A stretch of DNA of 64,000 bases from an uncultured Gemmatimonadales bacterium (GTDB lineage Bacteria; Gemmatimonadota; Gemmatimonadetes; Gemmatimonadales; Gemmatimonadaceae), in the NCBI GenBank assembly GCA_963707505.1, contig CAVPQB010000005.1, forward strand, positions 99,753 to 163,752. Reading direction: 5' to 3'. Below the pieces are notes generated by a model. It was not told where the DNA came from. It saw only the letters and a program-made list of their open reading frames with translations, and did no database searches. The position numbers and the translations under genes are program-made. Numbering within the stretch: the first letter of the stretch is position 1; each line of letters starts with the position of its first letter. Positions 10,871-18,990 of this stretch are shown here, piece after piece.

Positions 10871-11742
10871 CGGAGAGCCTCCTCGAGTGCTGTCGCCGCA
10901 TCAGTGCGCGCGTCGCGATACTTGACGATGATCGGCGTAACGATCGAGAGTTTCATTTCAGCCGCCCACTCCGATGAAGCGGGCCGCGTTCCTGGTATCA
11001 CAACCGCACCCGCGGGGATGATGAGCGGGCGGTCCGACGATGCGCGGTGGACAGTCTGGTTGACGAGGTCGAACACGGGTGTGCTGCGTGTAAGAACGAC
11101 GCCGGCGCCGAGCACTGCCCTGCTGCGAACGACGGTCCCCTCATAGACGCCGCAATTCCCGCCGACCACGACATCATCTTCGATGACGACAGGAGACGCA
11201 TTGATTGGTTCCAGCACGCCCCCAAGTTGCGCGGCAGCGCTCAGGTGAACGCGCTCCCCGACCTGCGCGCACGATCCGACCAGTGCATGGGAGTCGATCA
11301 TCGTCCCTGCACCGACGTACGCGCCGACATTCACGTAACTCGGCGGCATGCACACAACGCCACGGGCGAGGAATGCGCCACGTCGGATTGAAGACCCTCC
11401 CGGCACCACGCGAACGCCATGACTCAGGCGAAGCGCACGCGGCGGGTAGGTGTCCTTGTCGAAAAACGAAAATGCTACGCCGCCCTCTCCGGCCTGCGCA
11501 AACGACATGTCGACCATCGCCCCGACACGAAAGCCGAGCAGAATACCGAGCTTGACCCATGGGACCGCGCACCAATCGCCGCCGGCACTGCGCTCGGCGG
11601 CGCGCACCGCACCGTCCTCGAGCAATGTGAGTAGCTCATCGACCGCGGCGCGCGCGTCCGTCGGTGGCGTGCCACGGACCGAAGAGAACTCTTCAATGAT
11701 GCTCGCAAGGGCTGCATGCCGGTGGCTGGACGCAAGCGTCAT
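10867..11742 (-). CDS. dapD: Tetrahydrodipicolinate N-succinyltransferase
   Basis: VRVVPGG, MPPSYVNVGAYV, VGSCAQVG, GGVLEP, hexapeptide repeats. Confidence 0.95.
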   Translation of the reverse strand: MTLASSHRHAALASIIEEFSSVRGTPPTDARAAVDELLTLLEDGAVRAAERSAGGDWCAVPWVKLGILLGFRVGAMVDMSFAQAGEGGVAFSFFDKDTYPPRALRLSHGVRVVPGGSSIRRGAFLARGVVCMPPSYVNVGAYVGAGTMIDSHALVGSCAQVGERVHLSAAAQLGGVLEPINASPVVIEDDVVVGGNCGVYEGTVVRSRAVLGAGVVLTRSTPVFDLVNQTVHRASSDRPLIIPAGAVVIPGTRPASSEWAAEMKLSIVTPIIVKYRDARTDAATALEEALR

Positions 11743-12638
11743 GCGGGTAGTGCTCCGACGGACACGAGCGCGGAGCGCACTATGGCGTGATGCTGGTGAG
11801 CAAGTGGGACAAGCGGAAGGCGAAGGTTGTCGCCCATCAACTTCATCATCGCGAGCGCGGCCTTGACCGGTATCGGATTGGATTCGACGAACGCTGCGTG
11901 CGTCCAGAGTGCGAGGCGACTGTCGATGGCTCGCGCATCATCGTAATCGCCGCGATGCGCGGCCGCGCAGAGTTGCGTGACGAGTGCCGGGGTCACATTG
12001 GACGTCACGGATGTCACACCGTCTCCGCCGGCCACCATCACCGCAAGCGTGAGCGCGTCATCTCCCGAGAGTACCGAGAAATTGTGAGGTCGATGGCGAA
12101 GTATCTGCGTTATCTGCGCGAGATTTCCCGAGGCCTCCTTCACCGCTACAATATTGGGGTGAGCCGCGAGCTCGAGCGTCGTCTCGGCGGTGACATTGCT
12201 CGCGGTGCGTCCCGGTACGTTGTACACGACCACGGGGAGATCGACCGTGTCGGCGATCGCCCGGAAGTGTGCCACTATGCCGCGTTGCGGCGGCTTGTTG
12301 TAGGACGGAGACACATGCAACAGATGCGTCGCACCCGCGTCGCGCATCATCCGAGAATTTGCAAGTGCACGCGCAGTATCGTTGGATCCGGCGCCCGCGA
12401 CGACGGGGATGCGTCCGGCGACCACTTCTACAGTAATCTCGACGACGCGCCGCTGTTCTTCGGCGGTCATCGTTGCGGCTTCTCCTGTCGATCCGCAAGG
12501 GACGACGTAGTTGATTCCCTCCTCTATCTGCCACGCGACGAAGTTTCGCAACGCACTTTCGTCCACCTCACCCGTCGCGGTGAACGGAGTGACTATCGCC
12601 GTGCCGGCACCACGAAGCATCGGAACTGTCGATTTCAT
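11739..12638 (-). CDS. dapA: 4-hydroxy-tetrahydrodipicolinate synthase
   Basis: TAIVTPF, CGSTGE, YNVPGRT, VKEASG, ESNPIPVK. Confidence 0.97.
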   Translation of the reverse strand: MKSTVPMLRGAGTAIVTPFTATGEVDESALRNFVAWQIEEGINYVVPCGSTGEAATMTAEEQRRVVEITVEVVAGRIPVVAGAGSNDTARALANSRMMRDAGATHLLHVSPSYNKPPQRGIVAHFRAIADTVDLPVVVYNVPGRTASNVTAETTLELAAHPNIVAVKEASGNLAQITQILRHRPHNFSVLSGDDALTLAVMVAGGDGVTSVTSNVTPALVTQLCAAAHRGDYDDARAIDSRLALWTHAAFVESNPIPVKAALAMMKLMGDNLRLPLVPLAHQHHAIVRSALVSVGALPA

Positions 12639-13327
12639 CGAACCTCCTCATTGGATAACACATCGTCCAGCGTGAAGACGCCACGACGTCCAATCAGCCA
12701 TCGGGCCGCAACGAGTGCGCCTTCCGCGAATACCCGCCTGTCGCGCGCTTCGTGAGAGACGACGATCTGCTCGAATCGACCATCGATAATGAGCGTGTGC
12801 GTGCCCGGAACTGAGCCGACGCGAACGCTCGTTACCGGAATCTCGCGAGCCGACCCCTCCGCGAACTTTTCCTGCAGCATGCGCGCCGTGCCAGACGGCG
12901 CATCCTTCTTTTCCGCGTGATGCGTCTCAACCAGCGCGGCATCGAATGTCGGGATATTCGCGAAAATCTCGCCTGCGCGACGCATGATGCGGGCTACCGC
13001 GTGCACGCCGAGCGAGAAATTCGGCGCCCAGAGGAGTGACCCGCCTTTCTCGGAAACGAGCCGCGAAAGCTCTGGCAGCTCATCATACCAACCGGTAGTG
13101 CCGACTACGATCGGGCATCCGGCGATGATACACGCTCGGGCATTCGCCGCAGCTGCCCCTGGCTCCGTGAATTCAATCGCGACATCCGCACCTGCGAGCG
13201 AAGTCGAGTTGACGACAGTGGTGGCGCCGAGCGTCGCGACCACGTCGATCCCGCTCGTACGTGCGAGATCGGCGACTGCAGTTCCCATCTTACCCGGACC
13301 TATGATTGCCAGCCGAAGCGCAGTCAT
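12635..13327 (-). CDS. dapB: 4-hydroxy-tetrahydrodipicolinate reductase
   Basis: GKMG, VVGTTG, PNFSLGV, ETHHAEKKDAPSGTA, FAEGAL. Confidence 0.96.
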   Translation of the reverse strand: MTALRLAIIGPGKMGTAVADLARTSGIDVVATLGATTVVNSTSLAGADVAIEFTEPGAAAANARACIIAGCPIVVGTTGWYDELPELSRLVSEKGGSLLWAPNFSLGVHAVARIMRRAGEIFANIPTFDAALVETHHAEKKDAPSGTARMLQEKFAEGSAREIPVTSVRVGSVPGTHTLIIDGRFEQIVVSHEARDRRVFAEGALVAARWLIGRRGVFTLDDVLSNEEVR

Positions 13328-14686
13328 GAAACCGTCTCATGCGGAAAGAACTCGTCATGCAGCGACCGCATTGCGTCCTGCATCGAGGCACCGTCGACGA
13401 CAACGGTGAGATTGATACCGCTGGCACTCAGTGAAACCATGTGAACGTGCATGCCGCCCAACGCCTGCAGCGCGCGGCCCATGCAATCGCCGCGGTCGCC
13501 GATACCCGAGCCGACTATCGCGACCACTGCGCGATCTCGCTCTATTGAAACGTCGCCGAGCATGCGCAGGTCGACGAGCAGCTCATCCAGGCGCGTGGCG
13601 TCGTCGAGTGTCACCGAGACGGACACTTCGGATGTGGATACGACGTCAACGGATGTGCGATGCCGCTCGAAGATCTCGAAAACGCTACGGAGAAATCCCT
13701 TCGCGAGCAGCATGCGAGGTGCGCTCACTCTCACGGTCGTGACGTCGCCCTTGGCGGCGATCGCGGTCACCGGGCGTCGGGGCGCATCGAACATGATGCG
13801 CGTGCCGGATCGCGTCGGGTTACGAGTGTTGTAGATGTACACCGGGATTCCCCGGCGGACGGCCGGTGCGATCGTATTCGGATGCAACACCTTCGCGCCG
13901 AACGACGCAAGCTCCGACGCTTCGTCGAATCGGATCTGGGAGATCAGCTTCGCACCACTCACCACGCGCGGATCGGCCGTCAGCATTCCATCCACATCGG
14001 TCCATATCTCGATGTCGTCCGCCCCGAGTGCTGCGCCAAGCAGCGACGCGGTGTAATCGGAGCCGCCGCGCCCGAGTGTTGTCGTTACGCCGGTCACCGT
14101 AGCGCCGATGTAGCCGCCGAGCACCGGAACGAGCCCCGACCGGACCATCGGTGCCACACGATCGCGCGCGCGGTCCGAGATCGAATCCAGATTGGGTTCG
14201 GCTTGATTGAAATGGTCGCTGGTGACAATGACTTCGCGCGCGTCCACATGCTGCGCTGGAATTCCTCGCGCACGAAATGCTTCGGTGACCAGCAACGCCG
14301 ACATCTGCTCGCCGAATGACGCGACCGCGTCGAGGCTCCGCGGTGTTATGTGGCCGAGTGTCGTGAGTGCCTCGGCGAGACTCGCGACCTCGTCGCACAT
14401 TGCGGCAATCTCCGCGGTCGTGTCCGGACCACCTGGAACATCGCGAAGCAGAACGTCGCACATCGCGACGTGCCGCTCGCGGATGTGCTCGACCGACCTG
14501 AGTGCGCCGATGAGCTGGCCGCGCGCCGCCTGTTCCGCGATGCCGAGTAGCTCGGTCGTCGGTGCCGCTCGCTGCGGAGACCACGACTACGGGCGCACGA
14601 TGCACGCGGCTCGCGACGACGTCCGCGGCGCGGCAGATCGCATCCGCGTCGCCGACTGACGTGCCACCGAACTTGACGACTATCAC
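13324..14686 (-). CDS. lysC: Aspartate kinase (frameshift near 14560)
   Basis: VVKFGGTSV in one frame, then TTTLGRGGSDY, DVDGMLTADPR, FGAKVLHP and ACT domains. Confidence 0.95.
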
Positions 14687-15759
14687 GTACGCGCCACGTA
14701 GCCCTGGGTAACGAGCAGCTCCGCATTCATTATTGCGCCGCCCGCTGCGCCGCGAATGGTGTTGCTGCCCATTGCTACCATCCGTACATCGAGCAGCTCG
14801 TCGCGCCGGATGCGTCCGACAGTTACGGTCATCCCGTTGCCCCGCATCACGTCGCGACGCGGTTGCGGATGATCCGGCGCTGTCGTGACAACTATCGGTC
14901 GATCCGGACGCGACGGGAGATCCATGGCTTCCACACGGCCGGTCCACGCCATGATTGCATCGGTGACCTGCTCCGGCGTCGCGGAGGACGCGAGTCCGAT
15001 CGACATGCACGTCGTGTGTCCGTGCTCCACCGGGACACGATTGGCGTGCGCAGTCACCCGGAATGGCGCCGACTCGATGGCCCCGCCACTCACGACGCCG
15101 AGCAGCTTGCCGATCTCAGCTTCGATCTTCGGCTCCTCGTCCGCGATGTACGGAATGACGTTGCCCATTATGTCGAGCGACGGTACGCCTGGGTATCCGG
15201 CGCCCGAGACCGCCTGCATGGTCGCGATGAACATCCGGGTTATACCAAAGGCTTCATGCAGTGGCGCGAGCGGCAGCGCCGCAACCGTGGATGAACAGTT
15301 GGCGTTCGTCACGATCGCGCCGGCCCAGTCGCAGCGTTTGCGCTGCGCGTCGATCACCGCGAGATGTTGCGCGTTGATTTCAGGAATGAGCAGCGGAACA
15401 TCGCTCAACATGCGGTGATTCTTCGCGTTGCTGCAAACGAATCTGCCGGCGCGGGCGAACGCGATCTCCACGTCGCCCGCCACGCCCGAGTCGAGCGCCG
15501 AAAACACTATCGACGATGAAACCGAATCCGGCGTGCACGGCGTTACCATGAGCGACGCGACGTTCGCAGGCATCTCTCCCTCGAGCCAGTGCGCGGCATC
15601 TGCGTACCGCCTGCCCGCAGATCTTTCGGATGCCGCAACCTCGGCGACGCGAAACCAGGGATGATCGCGCAACAGCCTGATGAACGTCTGCCCCACTGCA
15701 CCCGTGGCGCCGAGCACCGCGACCGGGATGCGATCGCGACCGATTTGATTGTCTGTCAT
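14683..15759 (-). CDS. asd: Aspartate-semialdehyde dehydrogenase
   Basis: VLGATGAVGQ, TNANCS, QAVSGAG, NRVPVEHGH, NTIRGAAG. Confidence 0.97.
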   Translation of the reverse strand: MTDNQIGRDRIPVAVLGATGAVGQTFIRLLRDHPWFRVAEVAASERSAGRRYADAAHWLEGEMPANVASLMVTPCTPDSVSSSIVFSALDSGVAGDVEIAFARAGRFVCSNAKNHRMLSDVPLLIPEINAQHLAVIDAQRKRCDWAGAIVTNANCSSTVAALPLAPLHEAFGITRMFIATMQAVSGAGYPGVPSLDIMGNVIPYIADEEPKIEAEIGKLLGVVSGGAIESAPFRVTAHANRVPVEHGHTTCMSIGLASSATPEQVTDAIMAWTGRVEAMDLPSRPDRPIVVTTAPDHPQPRRDVMRGNGMTVTVGRIRRDELLDVRMVAMGSNTIRGAAGGAIMNAELLVTQGYVART

Positions 15760-16754
15760 TGAGCTAGCAGTTGCCTTACGAGTGACACGTACGTCGAGAC
15801 GCTCGCACGTAGCTCATCGACATCGACGTATTCGTCGGGCGTGTGTGCCACATGGATGGATCCCGGTCCGAACAACAGAGGAGTTCCCCAGCGAGCGAGC
15901 AGCGGGATGTCGGATGTGTACGAGACCGGTGCGACCTCATAACCATCCAGCACATGAAAGCGTTGAGCGGGAATCGTCGATCCGAACTCGACGTCTGCGC
16001 CGCCTGCATGGGCCCAGTCCGAGATCAGGCGCTTGATTGGCTCGACGTCGCTCACGAGACGCAGCATCACTTCTGACTCCGCGCTTCCCGGAATGATGTT
16101 CGCTTCCGTTCCACCGGTGATCGTCCCAATGTTGACGGTTGTTGCGCCGAGCACTGGATCGGAGGGGAAATCGACGGCGTGGATCGTGGGAAGCAAACGC
16201 AGGAGCGGCTCGATTGCTGACGCGCCGAGCTCGGGATACGCGGAATGCGCCTCCCGTCCGTGGGTGCGCACGATGAAGCGCAACGATCCCTTGCAGCCGC
16301 TCGCCAACTTGCTCTCGGTTGGCTCGCCGTTGACGAGGTAGCGACTCGTCGCGGCGAGGTTGTTGGCGGCGCGCGCGCCGTCAGATCCTTTCTCCTCGCC
16401 TACGACGAACAGGAGATCCACGCGGTCTTCGCCTTCGTTTACGAGCTGCTCGGCGGCAGCCATCATTGCCGCTGCAATCCCCTTCGCGTCGCACGCACCA
16501 CGGCCGTAGAGGCGATTGCCGCTCAGCCGTGGCGGATGGTAGGGCGGAACGGTGTCGAGATGCGTGGAAAGCGTCACTCCTCCACCGCGCCGCGAAGCCC
16601 AGATGTTGCCGCGTCCAGGCGAGACTTCCTGGATCGACACGTTCCAGTGCCGACTCACGAGCCAGCGCGCGACGAAATCGATCGCTGCTCCCTCGTCTCT
16701 TGTAAATGATTGTATCGACAGCAGTTCTGCGGCGAGCGCGACGACATCGGTCAT
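15756..16754 (-). CDS. M20/ArgE/DapE-family metallopeptidase, likely the N-acyl-DAP deacylase of the lysine operon
   Basis: THLDTVP, GRGACDAKG, VGEE, GEPT, AHS, GPGSIHVAHTPDE; first gene of dap operon. Confidence 0.85.
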   Translation of the reverse strand: MTDVVALAAELLSIQSFTRDEGAAIDFVARWLVSRHWNVSIQEVSPGRGNIWASRRGGGVTLSTHLDTVPPYHPPRLSGNRLYGRGACDAKGIAAAMMAAAEQLVNEGEDRVDLLFVVGEEKGSDGARAANNLAATSRYLVNGEPTESKLASGCKGSLRFIVRTHGREAHSAYPELGASAIEPLLRLLPTIHAVDFPSDPVLGATTVNIGTITGGTEANIIPGSAESEVMLRLVSDVEPIKRLISDWAHAGGADVEFGSTIPAQRFHVLDGYEVAPVSYTSDIPLLARWGTPLLFGPGSIHVAHTPDEYVDVDELRASVSTYVSLVRQLLAQ

Positions 16755-16794
16755 GCGCGCAAGTTAGTGGCAGAGGTATCGCGTTGGGAGCGGA

Positions 16795-16824
16795 GAGAAA
16801 TGGGCAGGCGCGGGGGCCTGCCCG
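16795..16824 (-). terminator. Putative intrinsic terminator of the ferritin-like gene
   Basis: GGGCAGGC/GCCTGCCC stem (16802-16823) followed on minus strand by ATTTCTCT. Confidence 0.5.
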
Positions 16825-16841
16825 TACGACGGTTCGTGCGC

Positions 16842-17363
16842 CTAGCGGCTGAGCTCCGCCGTGGCTGTCGCAGCGACGTTGTGATCACCTTGTCGGACCT
16901 GCTCGACGAACAATTGCTGCACGAGTCGGTTCGCGTCGCGATTGTAGGAGTCGTGATCGCGCTCGCCTGTCTCGCCGATATCCGCGAGCCGCGGCAGGCC
17001 CAGCGCGCGGCCGGCCTCCCGGAAAGTCTTGAAGGTATCTTCGGCCTGCCGCGACATGACGATGTCGCCTACCAGGCGCAGGAAGTCGCTCTCGCGGACC
17101 GAGTCAGCCAGGTCGCGGGCGGCATTGGCCGTTGCGCCGAGGGCCCGCTTGAGTACGCCTGCGCTCGGCGCACCGAGCTCATTCTGATAGTCTTCGAGCA
17201 TGCGTTGGTGATCGCGCATGGCGGGTATATAACGCGTGCAGAGATCGCGAAAACGCGGGTCTTCGGCCTGGGATTCGTGGTCCTCCAATCCCTTGAGAAA
17301 GGCGTGATGCTGTGCGGCTGCGTTGTGCACCTGGGATTTGAGAAAGTCGTTGCCTGTATCCAT
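16842..17363 (-). CDS. Hypothetical protein, probable ferritin-like four-helix bundle (DUF892/YciF-like)
   Basis: GGAGGAG RBS before ATG 17363; helical with E/D-H clusters (LEDHE, RDHQRMLE, ERDHD); fold is inferred. Confidence 0.6.
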   Translation of the reverse strand: MDTGNDFLKSQVHNAAAQHHAFLKGLEDHESQAEDPRFRDLCTRYIPAMRDHQRMLEDYQNELGAPSAGVLKRALGATANAARDLADSVRESDFLRLVGDIVMSRQAEDTFKTFREAGRALGLPRLADIGETGERDHDSYNRDANRLVQQLFVEQVRQGDHNVAATATAELSR

Positions 17364-17478
17364 TGCTCCTCCGTGGGGTGGTTGAGGGTTATTCGAGAGG
17401 TGGCCGAGCACGTCCCGAGCCATGGTGCGGGCGCGGGGCCCCACGCTCGAATAGCCGGTACTTTTCCACATAGCGCCC

Positions 17479-17507
17479 TTGCTTTGAAACACGCAAAACA
17501 CTAGGTT
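17479..17507 (+). promoter_or_regulatory. Putative sigma70 promoter of the SWIM-like/Rad52-like operon
   Basis: TTGCTT (17479-84)-17 nt-TAGGTT (17502-07). Confidence 0.6.
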
Positions 17508-17515
17508 TACACATA

Positions 17516-17531
17516 CCGAATAATCACCGAA
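17516..17531 (+). promoter_or_regulatory. Direct-repeat operator CCGAA-N6-CCGAA (candidate LexA/SOS-type box)
   Basis: CCGAATAATCACCGAA just downstream of the predicted start site; 12/16 identical to the site upstream of mutS2. Confidence 0.55.
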
Positions 17532-17570
17532 AACCGCATCGTAAGTAGTGAATTACCAACGACTTGGCAC

Positions 17571-17903
17571 GTGCCAATAAAACAGGTCAAAGGCCGCGCC
17601 GGGGCTCGGAAAACGCGAAAGGTCCAGATTCCGCAGGTCCCGTCCAGCTACGACGTGGAGCCGCTCAATCCGTGGCTTCAATGTGGGCCGGACACGACGG
17701 TGACAGAGTTGTGGAAGGTGTGGGAGCGGACGGAGAAGGAAGCCACGCTGCACCTGGTGTACTTCGATCGGTACGGTTGGTACTGCGAACACGGAGCTGG
17801 CTGCAAGGCAGTTGCGGAGGTACGGAGGATTGTTCGGACAATGAGCGCGAATGCGCCTAGACCCAGGAGCTCTGGCAAGACCAGGGCGAGGAAACGGAAA
17901 TGA
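17571..17903 (+). CDS. Small basic hypothetical protein with degenerate SWIM-like Cys/His motif
   Basis: HLVYFDRYGWYCEHGAGCKAV; K/R-rich termini; stop overlaps next ATG (ATGA). Confidence 0.7.
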   Translation: MPIKQVKGRAGARKTRKVQIPQVPSSYDVEPLNPWLQCGPDTTVTELWKVWERTEKEATLHLVYFDRYGWYCEHGAGCKAVAEVRRIVRTMSANAPRPRSSGKTRARKRK

Positions 17904-18733
17904 TTGCGAGACAGGAAACATTCAATTCGAAGGACGCCGTATGGTCAGCGCTGGCGGCCCCGGTGCCTGCGGGAACGATCTCGTGGCGCCAGGACGGAAA
18001 GCCGGTAGCTCGTGACGGACGTCACTTCGCGCGCTTCGTGTGTTACATCGAAGCGAACACGGTGCGGGAACGCCTCGACACAGTTGTCCCGGGCGAGTGG
18101 GATCTGACTCTCGAGATGCTGCCGCAGATCCACGGCGCCGAGGTCGATTCGGATTCAGTCTGCGCGTTCAAGGCGCGACTTCAGGTACTCGGCGTGATCC
18201 GCGAGGACGTCGGGACCGGTCGGGACTACAAGCAGGCTGCGACAGATGCGTTCAAGCGCGCAGCGGTGCGGTTCGGAATTGGAAACGAGCTGTACTCGTA
18301 CGAGCAGAACTGGGTCGAGGTCGATGGCGACGGCAAGTATGCCAAGCCAGTGGAAGATCCGGCAACCGCCTACGAGCGCAGGCACGGCGGTAGCGCCGGA
18401 AAGTCGAGCCGGTCCGCGGTTGCGACTGACGACGTGAGCGCGATGAAGGAAGCGAACACGCTGACCGACGTCGATGCGGTGAGCTGCCCCAAGTGCGGCG
18501 GCCGCATGTGGGACAACCGTCTGACCAAGCGGAACCCCAAGGCGCCCGACTACAAGTGCAGAGATCGAAACTGCGACGGGGTCGTGTGGCCGGCGAAAGC
18601 CAGTGGAAGCAACGCGGAGCATGATGGAGCTGACGCCGCAGAAGAAGTGGTCGCCGAGGTGGAGACACCGAAGGCACCTGCGCGGAAGACGCGCGCGGCG
18701 AAGCTGGCGTTGACGGACGAGATTCCGTTCTAA
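17900..18733 (+). CDS. Rad52/Rad22 (DdrA/Sak-like) ssDNA-annealing protein with C-terminal zinc ribbon and SSB-like tail
   Basis: YIEANTVRERLDTVVPGEW, REDVG, KQAATDAFKRAAVRFGIGNELY (Rad52 signature); CPKC...C-x4-C; ends DEIPF. Confidence 0.88.
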   Translation: MIARQETFNSKDAVWSALAAPVPAGTISWRQDGKPVARDGRHFARFVCYIEANTVRERLDTVVPGEWDLTLEMLPQIHGAEVDSDSVCAFKARLQVLGVIREDVGTGRDYKQAATDAFKRAAVRFGIGNELYSYEQNWVEVDGDGKYAKPVEDPATAYERRHGGSAGKSSRSAVATDDVSAMKEANTLTDVDAVSCPKCGGRMWDNRLTKRNPKAPDYKCRDRNCDGVVWPAKASGSNAEHDGADAAEEVVAEVETPKAPARKTRAAKLALTDEIPF

Positions 18734-18756
18734 CTCTGAAGTGAATCTCATGTGAA

Positions 18757-18797
18757 CAAAGAGGGGAAGCGAATCCATGATTCGCTTCCCCTCTTTG
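18757..18797. terminator. Bidirectional terminator hairpin between Rad52-like gene and tRNA-Leu
   Basis: Perfect 19-bp stem CAAAGAGGGGAAGCGAATC-CAT-GATTCGCTTCCCCTCTTTG. Confidence 0.85.
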
Positions 18798-18838
18798 GAT
18801 CAGGACAGCGCAGACAATGCTGCGGTCGTCACAAAAAA

Positions 18839-18923
18839 TGCTCGGAGCCGGACTCGAACCGGCATGGAATTATGTTCCAAGGGATTTTAAGTCCCTCGCG
18901 TCTACCCATTTCGCCATCCGAGC
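18839..18923 (-). tRNA. tRNA-Leu (anticodon TAA), CCA not encoded
   Basis: Reverse complement GCTCGGATGGCGAAATGGGTAGACGCGAGGGACTTAAAATCCCT...GGTTCGAGTCCGGCTCCGAGCA; long variable arm. Confidence 0.96.
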
Positions 18924-18990
18924 TAACACGCGCAAAGGGCGTGGTACAAGACATCAATATACGAAGCTCCGCTGGCTTACGAAGGGCGGA

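Noticed and set aside
16755..16841. Lysine riboswitch upstream of the dap operon
   Set aside because: The gap is under 90 bp and holds only a terminator-like hairpin
16755..18923. Prophage or island integrated at tRNA-Leu carrying the Rad52/Sak gene
   Set aside because: No integrase, no phage genes, and I saw no duplicated tRNA 3' end
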